DNA of 64,000 nt from an uncultured Pseudomonadota bacterium (GTDB lineage: Bacteria > Pseudomonadota > Alphaproteobacteria > RF32 > CAG-239), in the NCBI GenBank assembly GCA_902494875.1, contig CABUUO010000002.1:166671-230670 (forward strand). Direction: 5' to 3'. Shown here piece after piece: positions 28,388 through 38,000 of the stretch. A model generated the notes under the pieces. That model made no database searches. It was not told where the DNA came from and saw nothing but the letters and a program-made list of their open reading frames with translations. Every line of letters starts with the position of its first letter. The stretch's first letter is position 1. Both the position numbers and the translations under genes were made by a program.

Positions 28388-29233
28388 TCAGATAATGTTA
28401 CAGGCGGTCTGTTCTTCCGGCGGCGGCGTGACTTTTATCTGACTGAGCTGGTTTTTGTTGCGGCGGACGATTTCAAACTCAAAGCAGTTGAAGATGAATT
28501 TCTGTCCCTGCTGCGGAATGGAGCGGGTGGCGTCCAACAGATAGCCGGCCAGAGTGACGGCGTTTTCGTCGTCAAGGTTCCAGCCCAGCTGGCGGTTGAG
28601 GTCTCGTAAGGGAACCTGGCCGTTGATGAGCCAGCTTTTGTCGTTGATTTTGCGGATGCCGAGAGAATTCAGGCTTTCAATGTCATATTCGTCATTAATA
28701 TCGCCGACGATTTCTTCAATAATGTCTTCCAGCGTGACAATTCCCTGCAGGTCGCCGTATTCGTCTACGACGATGGCAAAATGTTCCCGGCGGGCGCGGA
28801 AGAGCTGCAACTGGGTCAGCAGGCTGGTGTTGTCGGGAATAAACCAAGGTTTTGACATCAGCTCGGTGATTTTGATTTTTTTCAGATTTTCCTTGTTTTC
28901 ATAAGCTTCTTTGAGCAGGGTTTTGACCCGGATGATGCCGACGATGTTGTCCGGGTGGTTTTTATAAAGCGGAATGCGCGAAAAAGGACAGTCTTTGACC
29001 TTGTCGATGATTTTTTTGATTGGCAGGTCAACGTCGACCGAAAACAGATTTTTGCGGTGGTTCATAACGTCATAGACCTCAATTTTGGCGAGATCGAGGA
29101 CGCTTTCGAGCATTTCCTTTTCTTCTTCTATTTCTTCGCCCTGATATTGGGAGATGGCGCCGCGCAGCTCGGATAAGTCGTCAGAACTTTCCTTATTGCG
29201 GAAAAACAGCTTTTTTAAAGAAGAAAACACCAT
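28388..29233 (-). CDS. tlyC: CBS-pair plus CorC/HlyC domain protein (TlyC / CorC family, putative Mg/Co efflux-associated, hemolysin C-like).
   Basis: 281 aa. Tandem CBS domains followed by a C-terminal CorC_HlyC transporter-associated domain. Confidence 0.75.
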   Translation of the reverse strand: MVFSSLKKLFFRNKESSDDLSELRGAISQYQGEEIEEEKEMLESVLDLAKIEVYDVMNHRKNLFSVDVDLPIKKIIDKVKDCPFSRIPLYKNHPDNIVGIIRVKTLLKEAYENKENLKKIKITELMSKPWFIPDNTSLLTQLQLFRARREHFAIVVDEYGDLQGIVTLEDIIEEIVGDINDEYDIESLNSLGIRKINDKSWLINGQVPLRDLNRQLGWNLDDENAVTLAGYLLDATRSIPQQGQKFIFNCFEFEIVRRNKNQLSQIKVTPPPEEQTACNII

Positions 29234-29241
29234 ATTTTGTC

Positions 29242-29778
29242 CTATTGGTTTAAGAAACCGTCAATCGCCTCAATCACGCGCTGTACCGTGTTGTCGACCT
29301 GTTCTTCCCTGGTTTCGACAACAATATCGGCCTCGGAATAATAAGGGTATTCATCGACGATATATTTTTCAAGCTTGTTCTTGAGCTCTTTGTCGCTGCC
29401 GATCAGAAACGGCCGGTGTTTGCGTCCGGCGGTGCGGTTGTACAGGACGTCTATGTCAGCCTTGAGCCAGACGGTGATGGCATGGTCTTTGGCCAGTGCC
29501 CGGGTCTGTTCGGCAACAAAGGAACCGCCGCCCGAAGCCAGAACGCAGGGCGCTCCCTGCAACAGACGTTTCATGACGCGCATTTCTCCGGCACGAAATT
29601 CGGTTTCACCAAAGCATTTGAGCAGGTCGACCAACGAGAGTCCGGAGGCTTTTTCCACTTCGCAGTCTCCGTCGACGAACGGCAGATTGAGCTTTTTGGC
29701 CAGACGTTTGCCGACGCTGGTTTTGCCGCTGCCCATTAAGCCGACGAGCAAGATTATTTTATCAATTTTTTTTATCAT
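29242..29778 (-). CDS. aroK: Shikimate kinase AroK.
   Basis: N-terminal P-loop LVGLMGSGKTSVG. Length 178 aa. Confidence 0.85.
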   Translation of the reverse strand: MIKKIDKIILLVGLMGSGKTSVGKRLAKKLNLPFVDGDCEVEKASGLSLVDLLKCFGETEFRAGEMRVMKRLLQGAPCVLASGGGSFVAEQTRALAKDHAITVWLKADIDVLYNRTAGRKHRPFLIGSDKELKNKLEKYIVDEYPYYSEADIVVETREEQVDNTVQRVIEAIDGFLNQ

Positions 29779-30014
29779 TGTTATTTTTTCATTTTTCTTT
29801 CAGACAATTTATGCTAAATATAAAAACAAGTTTGATTGTTTCGCAATATTTTTTATAAGGTTATATAACATGAGACAGAAAAAATCAAAAACATTATTTT
29901 ATGTTCTGGGATTAATTGTTGTTTTAGCGATAGTTTTTGTTATGACGCTGGAAGTTCCGATTAAGGTCGAGCATGTTGAACAGCCGTTGGAAAACACTTT
30001 TCTGAACAAGTAAG

Positions 30015-30923
30015 ATGAACACGGAAAAACTGATTTCGGATTTTCTGGACATGATGGCGGCCGAGCGCGGCGCAGCGCAGAGAACGCTGGAGAGCTATGA
30101 TCGGGATTTGAGACAGTTTTTTGATTTGCTGCCGTTTGACAGCCTCAGTGCCTATACGCCCGAAAAGATTGCCGAAGCGGTACGGGCGCTGAACAGGAAA
30201 TATGCTCCCCGCAGCGTGGCACGGAAAATTTCGGCCTATCGGGAGTTTTTCAAATTTTTGTTTTCGGAAAAGCTGATTGACAAGAACCCGACGGCGTATA
30301 TTGACACGCCGAAGCAAAGCAAGCCGCTGCCCAAGTTTTTGACCGAAGACGAAATTCGCCGTCTGATTGATGCGGCTCATGCGCGGCGAGAACCGCACCG
30401 TGTGCGGACGGCGGTAATGCTGGAGCTGGCTTATGCCTGCGGGCTGCGCGTTTCCGAGCTGGTATCTTTGTCTGAAAACAGCATAAATCAGGAACGCAGG
30501 GAAATTCTGGTGCGCGGCAAGGGCAGCAAGGAACGCGTGGTGCCGATTTCCGAGCGGGCGGTGAGAGCGGTTAGGGAATATGAAGACTTTGTCCGTGACA
30601 GCTTTATTAAGGCCGGACGGCGTTCAATCTGGCTGTTTCCGTCTCTGAGGTCGGCTTCGGGGCATATTACCAGAGATATGTTTTTTGTCAGTCTGAAACA
30701 GTTGGCGGTTGAGGCCGGCATTGCTCCGGAACGGGTTTCGCCGCACGTTTTGCGCCATTCTTTTGCCACGCATCTGATTAATCGTAACGCCGATTTGCGC
30801 AGCGTGCAAAAAATGCTCGGACACGAGGACATTTCCACTACGGAGATATACACCCATATTTTACCCGAAAAGCTGATTGAGACGGTAAAAAAACTGCATC
30901 CGCTGGCAAAAAAGCCCGGATGA
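30015..30923 (+). CDS. xerD: Tyrosine site-specific recombinase of the XerC/XerD family (XerD-like).
   Basis: C-terminal catalytic box HVLRHSFATHLINRNADLRSVQKMLGHEDISTTEIYTHI, with R..H.R.Y residues. N-terminal SAM-like core-binding domain. Assigning XerD rather than XerC is tentative. Confidence 0.7.
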   Translation: MNTEKLISDFLDMMAAERGAAQRTLESYDRDLRQFFDLLPFDSLSAYTPEKIAEAVRALNRKYAPRSVARKISAYREFFKFLFSEKLIDKNPTAYIDTPKQSKPLPKFLTEDEIRRLIDAAHARREPHRVRTAVMLELAYACGLRVSELVSLSENSINQERREILVRGKGSKERVVPISERAVRAVREYEDFVRDSFIKAGRRSIWLFPSLRSASGHITRDMFFVSLKQLAVEAGIAPERVSPHVLRHSFATHLINRNADLRSVQKMLGHEDISTTEIYTHILPEKLIETVKKLHPLAKKPG

Positions 30924-30945
30924 ATTCCGGGCTTGCGTTTGTTTG

Positions 30946-31386
30946 TCAGCAACCGCTTTCCGCTGCGGTGCGGCGGATTTCCTTTTCGATTTTGTCACGT
31001 TCTTTGGCTTTGGCAATAATCGCTTCGGCTTTTTCCAACTTATGCGCCGTTTCTCTTTTTTCATCGGCCAGCCGCTGCTGTTCTTCGTTGAGGACGTTTA
31101 CCAGACTCAGCTTGACGCGTTTTTTGTAATAATCCAGCAGCAGATTGATCTCCGGCCAGCGAAATTTTTCAATGCCGCATTCAATCAGGTCGATTAGTTC
31201 CGCGGGCAGACCGGTTTCTCTGGAAACGCGGGCGAGTGTGCGGTTGTAGTTCTGGCGAATCAGAAACAGCTGTCGTCCGAGCATTTTGCGCAGGTCGCAA
31301 TACGGACGTCCGCTAAGGTCGTTGTAGAGAAAATTGTCATTTTCGTCGGTGTTGGACGGGTTGATTAAAGATACGTTATGTTTCAT
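30946..31386 (-). CDS. Hypothetical protein with a central helix-turn-helix-like segment and a charged coiled-coil C-terminus.
   Basis: 146-aa ORF. LARVSRETGLPAELIDLIECG resembles an XRE-type HTH. The C-terminus is K/E-rich. Confidence 0.4.
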   Translation of the reverse strand: MKHNVSLINPSNTDENDNFLYNDLSGRPYCDLRKMLGRQLFLIRQNYNRTLARVSRETGLPAELIDLIECGIEKFRWPEINLLLDYYKKRVKLSLVNVLNEEQQRLADEKRETAHKLEKAEAIIAKAKERDKIEKEIRRTAAESGC

Positions 31387-31632
31387 TTTCGGCTCCTTTT
31401 TATTTTATAAAAACAAACCGCCCTGAAAAAACATCAAGGCGGTGGAGCTCAAAAACTGTCAAGATTGCAGTCACGCTAATTCGTCCGGCAAGCCGGCTTA
31501 TATCGCGTACTCCACCTTATAGATGGAATATCTTGAGGGTGTTTTTGAGACACCACGGTTCATCTCTGAACCGCAAAGACATATTAGAAGCCCTTTATCT
31601 TATTTGCAACAGTTATGTTACAAGGAAGTTTT

Positions 31633-31920
31633 TTACGGGATAATAATTTTGGCAATGATTGTTAAACTAATGATGCTTACAACAACAACCAACCATGTTT
31701 GTTTTTCTCTCTTTTGCTGCTCTGTTTTCGGCAATATAAACAGCATATAAAATGCCATGATAAAGACATAAAGGAAAAAAAGCGGAAACAGGTCTTTATT
31801 CATTGCGACTATTGGTGTGCGCAAATCTTTGGCACCAATCAGGTGCAAGGCTATCAAAAAAGACAGCAAACCAGTGCACACCGGATAATTTCTAAAGAAA
31901 TCGACGACGAATTTTTTCAT
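31633..31920 (-). CDS. Small hypothetical membrane protein (95 aa, 3 TM).
   Basis: ORF with hydrophobic composition. Confidence 0.3.
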   Translation of the reverse strand: MKKFVVDFFRNYPVCTGLLSFLIALHLIGAKDLRTPIVAMNKDLFPLFFLYVFIMAFYMLFILPKTEQQKREKQTWLVVVVSIISLTIIAKIIIP

Positions 31921-32046
31921 ATGAATAATATTTTAATTGTTAGTATTAAAAATTAATTTTGCGATTTTTGTATCATACGTTTGAAGAAAGATAAAGGATT
32001 ATTTTTAGGCAACAAAGCCGTAAAGATAGCCACAGAGTATTATAAA

Positions 32047-32901
32047 TCAAAGCAGTTCGGCCAGTTGCAGATATTGCTGCGGGGTGATTTGTTCGGCGCG
32101 CAAGGTTAAATCCAGTCCGAGTTGTCCGCATTTGGTTTCCAAATCGGGGACGGACTTTAAACTCTGGCGAATCATCTTGCGCCGCTGGCCGAAAGCCATG
32201 GCCGCCAGTTTTTCTATTTTGGCGATGACGTCCGGGGCAATTGTCCGTTCGGACGGACGGAACAGGACAACCGTTGACCAGATTTTCGGCGCCGGAACAA
32301 AACAATTGGGATTGATGTCAAACAGACGCTCCGCTTTGCACAAAAGCTGAGAAAGAATCGAAATTCGTCCGTAATCTTTGGTATTAATCGGCGCGGTGAT
32401 GCGGTCGGCAACTTCTTTTTGAAACATCAGGGTGAGGCTGTCAAAGGCTTTGATGTTTTTCAGCCAGCCGATCAGCAGCGGCACGGAAATATTATAAGGC
32501 AGGTTGCTGACAATGTTTTTGGGACTGCCGTCAAAAGCGGCAAAATCCTGTTTGAGCGCATCGCCGTTGATGATTTGCAGGCGTTGTTCACCGACCAGAT
32601 TTTGAATTTCGCGCATAATGTCTATACAGCGCTCGTCCATTTCAACCACGGTCAGTTTTTCCGGCGCGGAAGCCAAAACCGAACGGGTCAGGCCGCCGGG
32701 ACCGGGACCGACTTCAAACACGTATTCTCCGGCAAAAGAGCTTTTGTTTTGGCGCTCCAAAGAGGTACGGATGATTTTGTCGGTGATGTTTCGGTCCAGC
32801 AAAAAGTTCTGTCCCAGAGCCTTTTTGGCCATCAGGCCGCGGGCTTCGACGGTATCGCGCAGCGAGGGCAGAGAATTTATCAGTCCGGCGAGCTCGGTCA
32901 T
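32047..32901 (-). CDS. rsmA: 16S rRNA (adenine1518/1519-N6)-dimethyltransferase RsmA (KsgA).
   Basis: SAM motif VFEVGPGPGGLT and the NLPYNIS catalytic motif. Length 284 aa. Confidence 0.9.
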   Translation of the reverse strand: MTELAGLINSLPSLRDTVEARGLMAKKALGQNFLLDRNITDKIIRTSLERQNKSSFAGEYVFEVGPGPGGLTRSVLASAPEKLTVVEMDERCIDIMREIQNLVGEQRLQIINGDALKQDFAAFDGSPKNIVSNLPYNISVPLLIGWLKNIKAFDSLTLMFQKEVADRITAPINTKDYGRISILSQLLCKAERLFDINPNCFVPAPKIWSTVVLFRPSERTIAPDVIAKIEKLAAMAFGQRRKMIRQSLKSVPDLETKCGQLGLDLTLRAEQITPQQYLQLAELL

Positions 32902-32902
32902 G

Positions 32903-33829
32903 TCAGTTTCTTAATTCGATTACGGCGTTCTGACGCAGATCCTGCAAATATTTCTGGGCAAAATTTTCCATTTTCTGGTTGCTCAGAAAACCGCGGATTT
33001 CCTTTTCAGTCGGATAAACCGGCTTGTCTTTTTTTGGGTCAAAACGCTGGTTGAGTTTCAGAATATAATAACCGTCGTTCAGCAAAACGGCGTCGGTAAT
33101 TTGTCCCGGCTTCAGTTTTTTGACGGCTTTTTCGAGCGGAGCGGGAAGTTTTCCTTCGTTTATCCAGCCCAGATTGCCGCCGTTGGAAGCGCTGGCCGAA
33201 TCCGAGAATTGCATGGCATAGAGTTCAAAGCGGTTGTCCTGGCGCAGATTGTTAACCAAGGACTGAATGTCTTTGGCTTTTTCTTTTTTGATAAAGATTT
33301 CGGAAACCTGATATTTGGGCGTGCTCAGATCCTTTTTGGCGTCAGCCAGGGCTTTTTCTATTTCTTTCTGAGTCAGGGTACCTTCGCCGCGCATTTTGCT
33401 GCGGACCAAACGCAGCCAGGCGATGTCCGACTTCATCTGGGTTCTGAAGCTGTTCATGGAAACCTTGGCTTCTTTCAAAATGTTTTTGAGGCCGCCGGCC
33501 GGAATTTTATTGTTTTTTTCAAAGGTTCTGATTGAGGCGTCAATGTCTTTGTCGCTGACCTCGATGTTGTTTTTTTCCGCAGCCTGAAGCTTTATTTTCT
33601 CGTCAACGGCCGCGTGGATGACGCGTTGGTTGATCATATTGCGGGTCTGGTCGTTCATCGGAATGCCGGTAGTCATCAAAAAGGCGTTGATGCGGTTTTG
33701 AATGTCTTGGCTGGAGATGATGTCGCCGTTGACAACGGCAACGATTTTGACAGAGCTGGCGGCCTGCGCATTATGCACGCTTAAAAGCGCGCTGCTCAGA
33801 ATGGCCAGTAAACCCAGTAGTTTTTTCAT
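32903..33829 (-). CDS. surA: SurA-like periplasmic chaperone / PpiC-type peptidyl-prolyl isomerase.
   Basis: Signal peptide MKKLLGLLAILSSALLSVHNAQA. SurA N-terminal domain plus one parvulin-like domain. Lies in the conserved position downstream of lptD. Confidence 0.7.
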   Translation of the reverse strand: MKKLLGLLAILSSALLSVHNAQAASSVKIVAVVNGDIISSQDIQNRINAFLMTTGIPMNDQTRNMINQRVIHAAVDEKIKLQAAEKNNIEVSDKDIDASIRTFEKNNKIPAGGLKNILKEAKVSMNSFRTQMKSDIAWLRLVRSKMRGEGTLTQKEIEKALADAKKDLSTPKYQVSEIFIKKEKAKDIQSLVNNLRQDNRFELYAMQFSDSASASNGGNLGWINEGKLPAPLEKAVKKLKPGQITDAVLLNDGYYILKLNQRFDPKKDKPVYPTEKEIRGFLSNQKMENFAQKYLQDLRQNAVIELRN

Positions 33830-33852
33830 CGAAAGTCTCCTTTTCAATTTTG

Positions 33853-36111
33853 CTATGCGCCGGTTCCGCCCAAGGTTTTGAGGAGGAAGGTCGCGCCGAA
33901 TTCAAAGTCGCCCTGATAGTCGGGGTCGTTGGAATTGTCTTTGCGAAGATACATGATTAATTTTAAGCATTCGTCTTCATAAATCAAGTTGCCGCCGTGT
34001 TCCAGCGAGCCGCCGTTGTCGGTCAGATCCTGACGGTTGAAAATGCTCAGGCTCCAGTCTTTGGTTAGTCTGGCGTTTAAGGCGGTGTAGAGTTCCTTGC
34101 GCCCGCTGCCGTTAATCAAGGAAGAATCTTTGTTGTCCTGCAGGTAAATGTAGGAAATGTAAGCATTCAGCAGCGAGGGGCCGATGGTGGTCGAAAGTTC
34201 GCTGTAAGACATTTCGAGCGAATCCTTGTCCATACGGAAACGGTAGTTCAGGTCAAAATATTCGCTGGGGTTGGCATAAATGCGACCGACGTAATCGCTG
34301 AAATAGCCGCTGCTGTCGGTTGACTGGGTGAAGCTTTCCTTCTTGTCAAAACGATAGCTCTGAGCCAAAAAGGCAGAGGTGCGGCCGGTAATGTCGCCGT
34401 AAGAACTCCAGTTGAAACCGTAGCTGATGCGGCTGCCGGTGTCGTTACGGTCATAGCCCGAATAGCGGTCGAGGTCTAAAATGTTGGTATCGTCCAATTC
34501 AACGTCCTGGCTGTCTTCGTTGGGGATTTTGTCAACCTTGTTGCCGCCGTTGGGCGCCGCTACCGCAACGATGGTCGGTTCCAAAATCTGGCGGGAGGTT
34601 TCGGTCGCGCGGATAAACGGCAGTTTCCATTCCAAACCCAACTGCGGGAAAACGCGGGCAACACCGCCGTCAAAGTTTTCGCCATCGGGGTTGGTATAGT
34701 TGTCAACATAATAAAGGTCGGATTTGACCGAAGCGACCATACGGTATTTTTCGCCGTAAGGACTGGTATAAGGCAGGTTCCAGGAATTAATCATGGTGAA
34801 ACGCTGCGAGTTAGCCTCTTCGTCGCGGAAAACCGAGGCAAAGTTGAGGTTGGTTTTGGAATAAGCGCCGTATTTGCCTGGTTCGCTGATGTTTTCATAA
34901 TTCAACATCGGCAAAACCAGCGGTTTGTCATATTCTTTCATATCATAGCTGTTCAGTTGATAATAATAGCCTTCAATCGACGCGTAGTTACGGTTGTCAA
35001 AGCCCTGCATTTTTAAGGATGAGGTCAGCCAGGCGTCATCCTGAAGCGAGAGCGACATGTCTTTCAGGTAGTTGCGATCCGAAGAATAATTGATATCGGC
35101 ATTGGCAACCCAAAAATCGTTGACTTCATAGCGGCCTTTCAGGAACAGGTTGCCGCGGCGGTTGTCATCGTCGTCTTGATCGACTAGCATGCTTCCTTCG
35201 GCATGAAGTTCGCCGCGATATGTATATTTGTTGTATTTTCCGCCCCAGACGATGCCTTTGTCGGTAGAAAAGGTCGGGGAGAAAAGAACGTCTTCATGAT
35301 CGGAAACCGCCCAGAAGTATTGCGGCTGAATGGCGGCGCCCAAATATGAACTGCTGGCAATGCTCGGCGGCAGAAAACCGGAACGGCGCTTGACCGAGGG
35401 ATCCGGATGCGAAAGAAACGGCGTGTAGAAAACCGGAATGCCTTTTATTTCCAAAAAAGCGTCATTATAGTAGACATCCTGTTTTTCGGCATTGTGGCGG
35501 ACTTTGCGCGCCTTCAGCTGCCAGAGGGGATCTTTGCCGGAACAGACGTCGCAAGGAGAGTAAACTGCGTTTTCCATGACTTTGTTGTCATTTTCCAGAC
35601 GACGTACCTTGCGGGCGGCAATTTGGCTTTTGTCTTTCATGATGACTTTAATGTTGTCCATTTCGCCGGCTTTCATTTTGTCGGTGAGGACTACATAGTC
35701 CGAGAAAACAACGCTGCCGTCTTTTTCGACCAGAACCACGTTGCCGACGGCGGTGATGACGTCTTCTTTCTGGTTATAAACAACTTTGTCAGCTTTGACC
35801 GTCAGATTGTCGCGGATGATGTTGACGTTGCCGATGGCCGTGATGGTGCTCAGCTTTTGGTCGTTTTGCATTTCGTCGGCGCTGAAGTAAATGTCTTGTT
35901 CTTCGGTTTCGGCGGCCGGTGCGGCGATGTCCATGACGCTGGTGAGATTTTGCGCGGGGCTGAGTTCGGCGTAAGGCGTGCGCTCTTTTTTGTGCAGGAT
36001 GGCTCCGGCATCAGCGTTGTTAACGGCAACTTCGGCGGCGGCCGTTGTTGTCCAAAGACTCAAAATTGCCGCTGTCAGACACAAAAGACGGGAAGAAAAA
36101 GGTTTATGCAT
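33853..36111 (-). CDS. lptD: LPS-assembly outer-membrane protein LptD (OstA).
   Basis: 752 aa. Signal peptide. N-terminal OstA domain and a large beta-barrel. Located between lptG and surA. Confidence 0.85.
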   Translation of the reverse strand: MHKPFSSRLLCLTAAILSLWTTTAAAEVAVNNADAGAILHKKERTPYAELSPAQNLTSVMDIAAPAAETEEQDIYFSADEMQNDQKLSTITAIGNVNIIRDNLTVKADKVVYNQKEDVITAVGNVVLVEKDGSVVFSDYVVLTDKMKAGEMDNIKVIMKDKSQIAARKVRRLENDNKVMENAVYSPCDVCSGKDPLWQLKARKVRHNAEKQDVYYNDAFLEIKGIPVFYTPFLSHPDPSVKRRSGFLPPSIASSSYLGAAIQPQYFWAVSDHEDVLFSPTFSTDKGIVWGGKYNKYTYRGELHAEGSMLVDQDDDDNRRGNLFLKGRYEVNDFWVANADINYSSDRNYLKDMSLSLQDDAWLTSSLKMQGFDNRNYASIEGYYYQLNSYDMKEYDKPLVLPMLNYENISEPGKYGAYSKTNLNFASVFRDEEANSQRFTMINSWNLPYTSPYGEKYRMVASVKSDLYYVDNYTNPDGENFDGGVARVFPQLGLEWKLPFIRATETSRQILEPTIVAVAAPNGGNKVDKIPNEDSQDVELDDTNILDLDRYSGYDRNDTGSRISYGFNWSSYGDITGRTSAFLAQSYRFDKKESFTQSTDSSGYFSDYVGRIYANPSEYFDLNYRFRMDKDSLEMSYSELSTTIGPSLLNAYISYIYLQDNKDSSLINGSGRKELYTALNARLTKDWSLSIFNRQDLTDNGGSLEHGGNLIYEDECLKLIMYLRKDNSNDPDYQGDFEFGATFLLKTLGGTGA

Positions 36112-37237
36112 TATCCGTCCTTTCTTCCCGGTATGTTTTTTTGCTGCGAAAAGCGCTGGGGTTGTAATAGCGCAGCAGATAAATGCAGACGCTCAGCGGA
36201 ACGACCAGATTAGCGTACATCAGCGGCAGCAGCGAAATGTGTTTGGCGGCTATGTTGGTTATAGAGAGATCCATTGCCTGAATGATAACCATAAACGCGA
36301 TTGATATTGAAATAATCTTAGCCTGTCCGCGGCGGTTGAAGTTGCCTACCAGCAGCCCGGTGCAGGCCAGCAGGGCAAACAGAACATTGTAAAAAGGGTT
36401 AACCAGACGGCGGTTGCCTTCAACGATGTAACGTCTGGCTTCTTTGGGGTCCAGCTCGGGATTGCTGCCGGCGGCAAGAAGTTCGGTCAGGGGTTTCTGG
36501 CGGACGCCGGCTTCTTTTTTGCGGGCCGTTTCCTTGACGCCGAAATCAACCGAATAGCGTTCAAACGATACGGAGCTGAATTGTCCGGTTTTGGTATTGA
36601 TTTCCTGGCGTGCGCCGTTGACCATGATTATTTTCGGGGTGTTGCCGGTATAGACGACGCGTCCTTTTTCGGCTGAAAGGGTTACGCGCGACTGCGGGTT
36701 GCGTTCGTCATTGACCAAAATCCCGGAAATTGAGCCGTCTTTTTCGTGAGTGGTGATAAACACGGTCAGGCCGTTTTGTACGGAAGTAAATTCGCCTTCG
36801 CGGAACATCAGGTGCGAAACGTCGTTTTTGACTTTCCACTGCAAATCGTCAAATTTTCTTTCTGACCAGGGAATGCCGTAGTTGAAGACAAAAGAACAGA
36901 ATAGACACATGACAAGGCCGAAGATTACGGCAGGAACAGCGCATTGCCAGGGGCTGATGCCGGCGGATTTCATCACGACCAATTCACGGTCGGAAAGCAT
37001 GCGGTTGTATACAAACAGTACGGCGGCAAACAAAGATATCGGCGCCAGAATAGTAAAAATGCGCGGCATTAAAAGCGAGGTCATGGATACAAAGGTGGTG
37101 AACGGAATGCCGTTGTTGGTGATGAGGTCGACAAAACGCAGCGACTGAGTCAGCCAAATGATGGACATCAGCGAGAAGGTGACCAGCAGAAAACCGATGA
37201 AAATTTGCTTTAGTATATATCTGTTTAGTTTTTTCAT
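36104..37237 (-). CDS. lptG: LPS export ABC permease of the LptF/LptG (YjgP/YjgQ) family, probably LptG.
   Basis: About 377 aa. Six predicted TM segments with a large periplasmic loop. Adjacent to and overlapping lptD. Confidence 0.7.
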   Translation of the reverse strand: MKKLNRYILKQIFIGFLLVTFSLMSIIWLTQSLRFVDLITNNGIPFTTFVSMTSLLMPRIFTILAPISLFAAVLFVYNRMLSDRELVVMKSAGISPWQCAVPAVIFGLVMCLFCSFVFNYGIPWSERKFDDLQWKVKNDVSHLMFREGEFTSVQNGLTVFITTHEKDGSISGILVNDERNPQSRVTLSAEKGRVVYTGNTPKIIMVNGARQEINTKTGQFSSVSFERYSVDFGVKETARKKEAGVRQKPLTELLAAGSNPELDPKEARRYIVEGNRRLVNPFYNVLFALLACTGLLVGNFNRRGQAKIISISIAFMVIIQAMDLSITNIAAKHISLLPLMYANLVVPLSVCIYLLRYYNPSAFRSKKTYREERTDNA

Positions 37238-37513
37238 GCGGGTGATTATAACCAAAATATCTTATAAAAAAACTAATATTTTTAAAATATGCGATTTTTT
37301 TCCAAAAAAAACGAGTCCGGGCAACGGTTTGCGGCCAATCTGCCCCAAAAAGATTCACTTTGAGGCGTAAAAGCCGATTTTACTGAACTAAAAGGAAAAA
37401 CTTCTTGAATAAGGATTTATTTACGAATAGCATCATAACATAAACCATAAACAACAACAGATGCCGGAATACGGTATTTGGAGACCGGCGTCTAAAACAA
37501 GAAAGGTAGGACT

Positions 37514-37996
37514 ATGACTGAAGAAGTTTCCCTGGCTTCCCAAGTCGCTAGCAAATGGCGCAAAAAACGCGGGTCATTGATTATGGCTCTGCACGAAATT
37601 CAAGATGTCAAAGGTTATGTTCCCTGGGAAGACGCGGTTGACATTGCCAACGGCATGAACGTTCCTCTGGCACGGATTTATGAGGTTTTGACTTTTTACA
37701 ATTTTTTCAAGCTTGACGCTCCCGGCAAAGCGGTTATTTCGGTTTGTACCGGAACGGCCTGTTATTTGAAAGGCAATGACAAGGTTCTGGAAGAATTTAA
37801 GAAACAACTCGGCATCAATGAAGGCGAAAGCACTTCAGACCGGATGTTCCATTTGCAGGTGGTGCGCTGCGTCGGCTGCTGCGGTCTGGCTCCGGTCTGC
37901 GTTGTCAACGGCAAGACTTACGGCCGAATCACTCCCGCGGATGTAAGCAAAATCCTTGAAGAGTGGAAAAACAAACTTGACGAAGACAAGGAGTAG
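37514..37996 (+). CDS. hydC: [FeFe]-hydrogenase gamma subunit HydC (NuoE / 24-kDa-subunit-like thioredoxin-fold 2Fe-2S protein).
   Basis: 160 aa. Cys ligands CTGTAC...CVGCCGLAPV are typical of NuoE/HndA. Confidence 0.8.
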   Translation: MTEEVSLASQVASKWRKKRGSLIMALHEIQDVKGYVPWEDAVDIANGMNVPLARIYEVLTFYNFFKLDAPGKAVISVCTGTACYLKGNDKVLEEFKKQLGINEGESTSDRMFHLQVVRCVGCCGLAPVCVVNGKTYGRITPADVSKILEEWKNKLDEDKE

Positions 37997-38000
37997 AACC

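Noticed and set aside
29375-30013. 212-aa plus-strand ORF overlapping aroK
   Set aside because: Most of it is antisense to aroK. Only the 3' 48 codons (29869..30013, MRQKKSKTLFYVLGLIVVLAIVF...), which follow the aroK start, could be an independent small membrane peptide. Evidence is too weak to list as a feature.
30015-31386. xerD plus adjacent HTH protein considered as a remnant integrative element or prophage integrase module
   Set aside because: The recombinase has full XerC/XerD-family catalytic motifs and sits in a housekeeping context (aroK upstream, ksgA downstream). No attachment-site repeats, tRNA target or phage genes are visible.
31441-31516. 76-nt element closed by a 7-bp helix, tested as a tRNA gene
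   Set aside because: No T-stem/T-loop (GTTC-type) sits adjacent to the 3' acceptor strand, and the D-arm and anticodon arm cannot be formed with standard spacing. It is not a tRNA.
35407-36304. Plus-strand ORFs (268 and 108 aa) overlapping lptD/lptG
   Set aside because: They are antisense shadow ORFs. The minus-strand genes have signal peptides and conserved family features.
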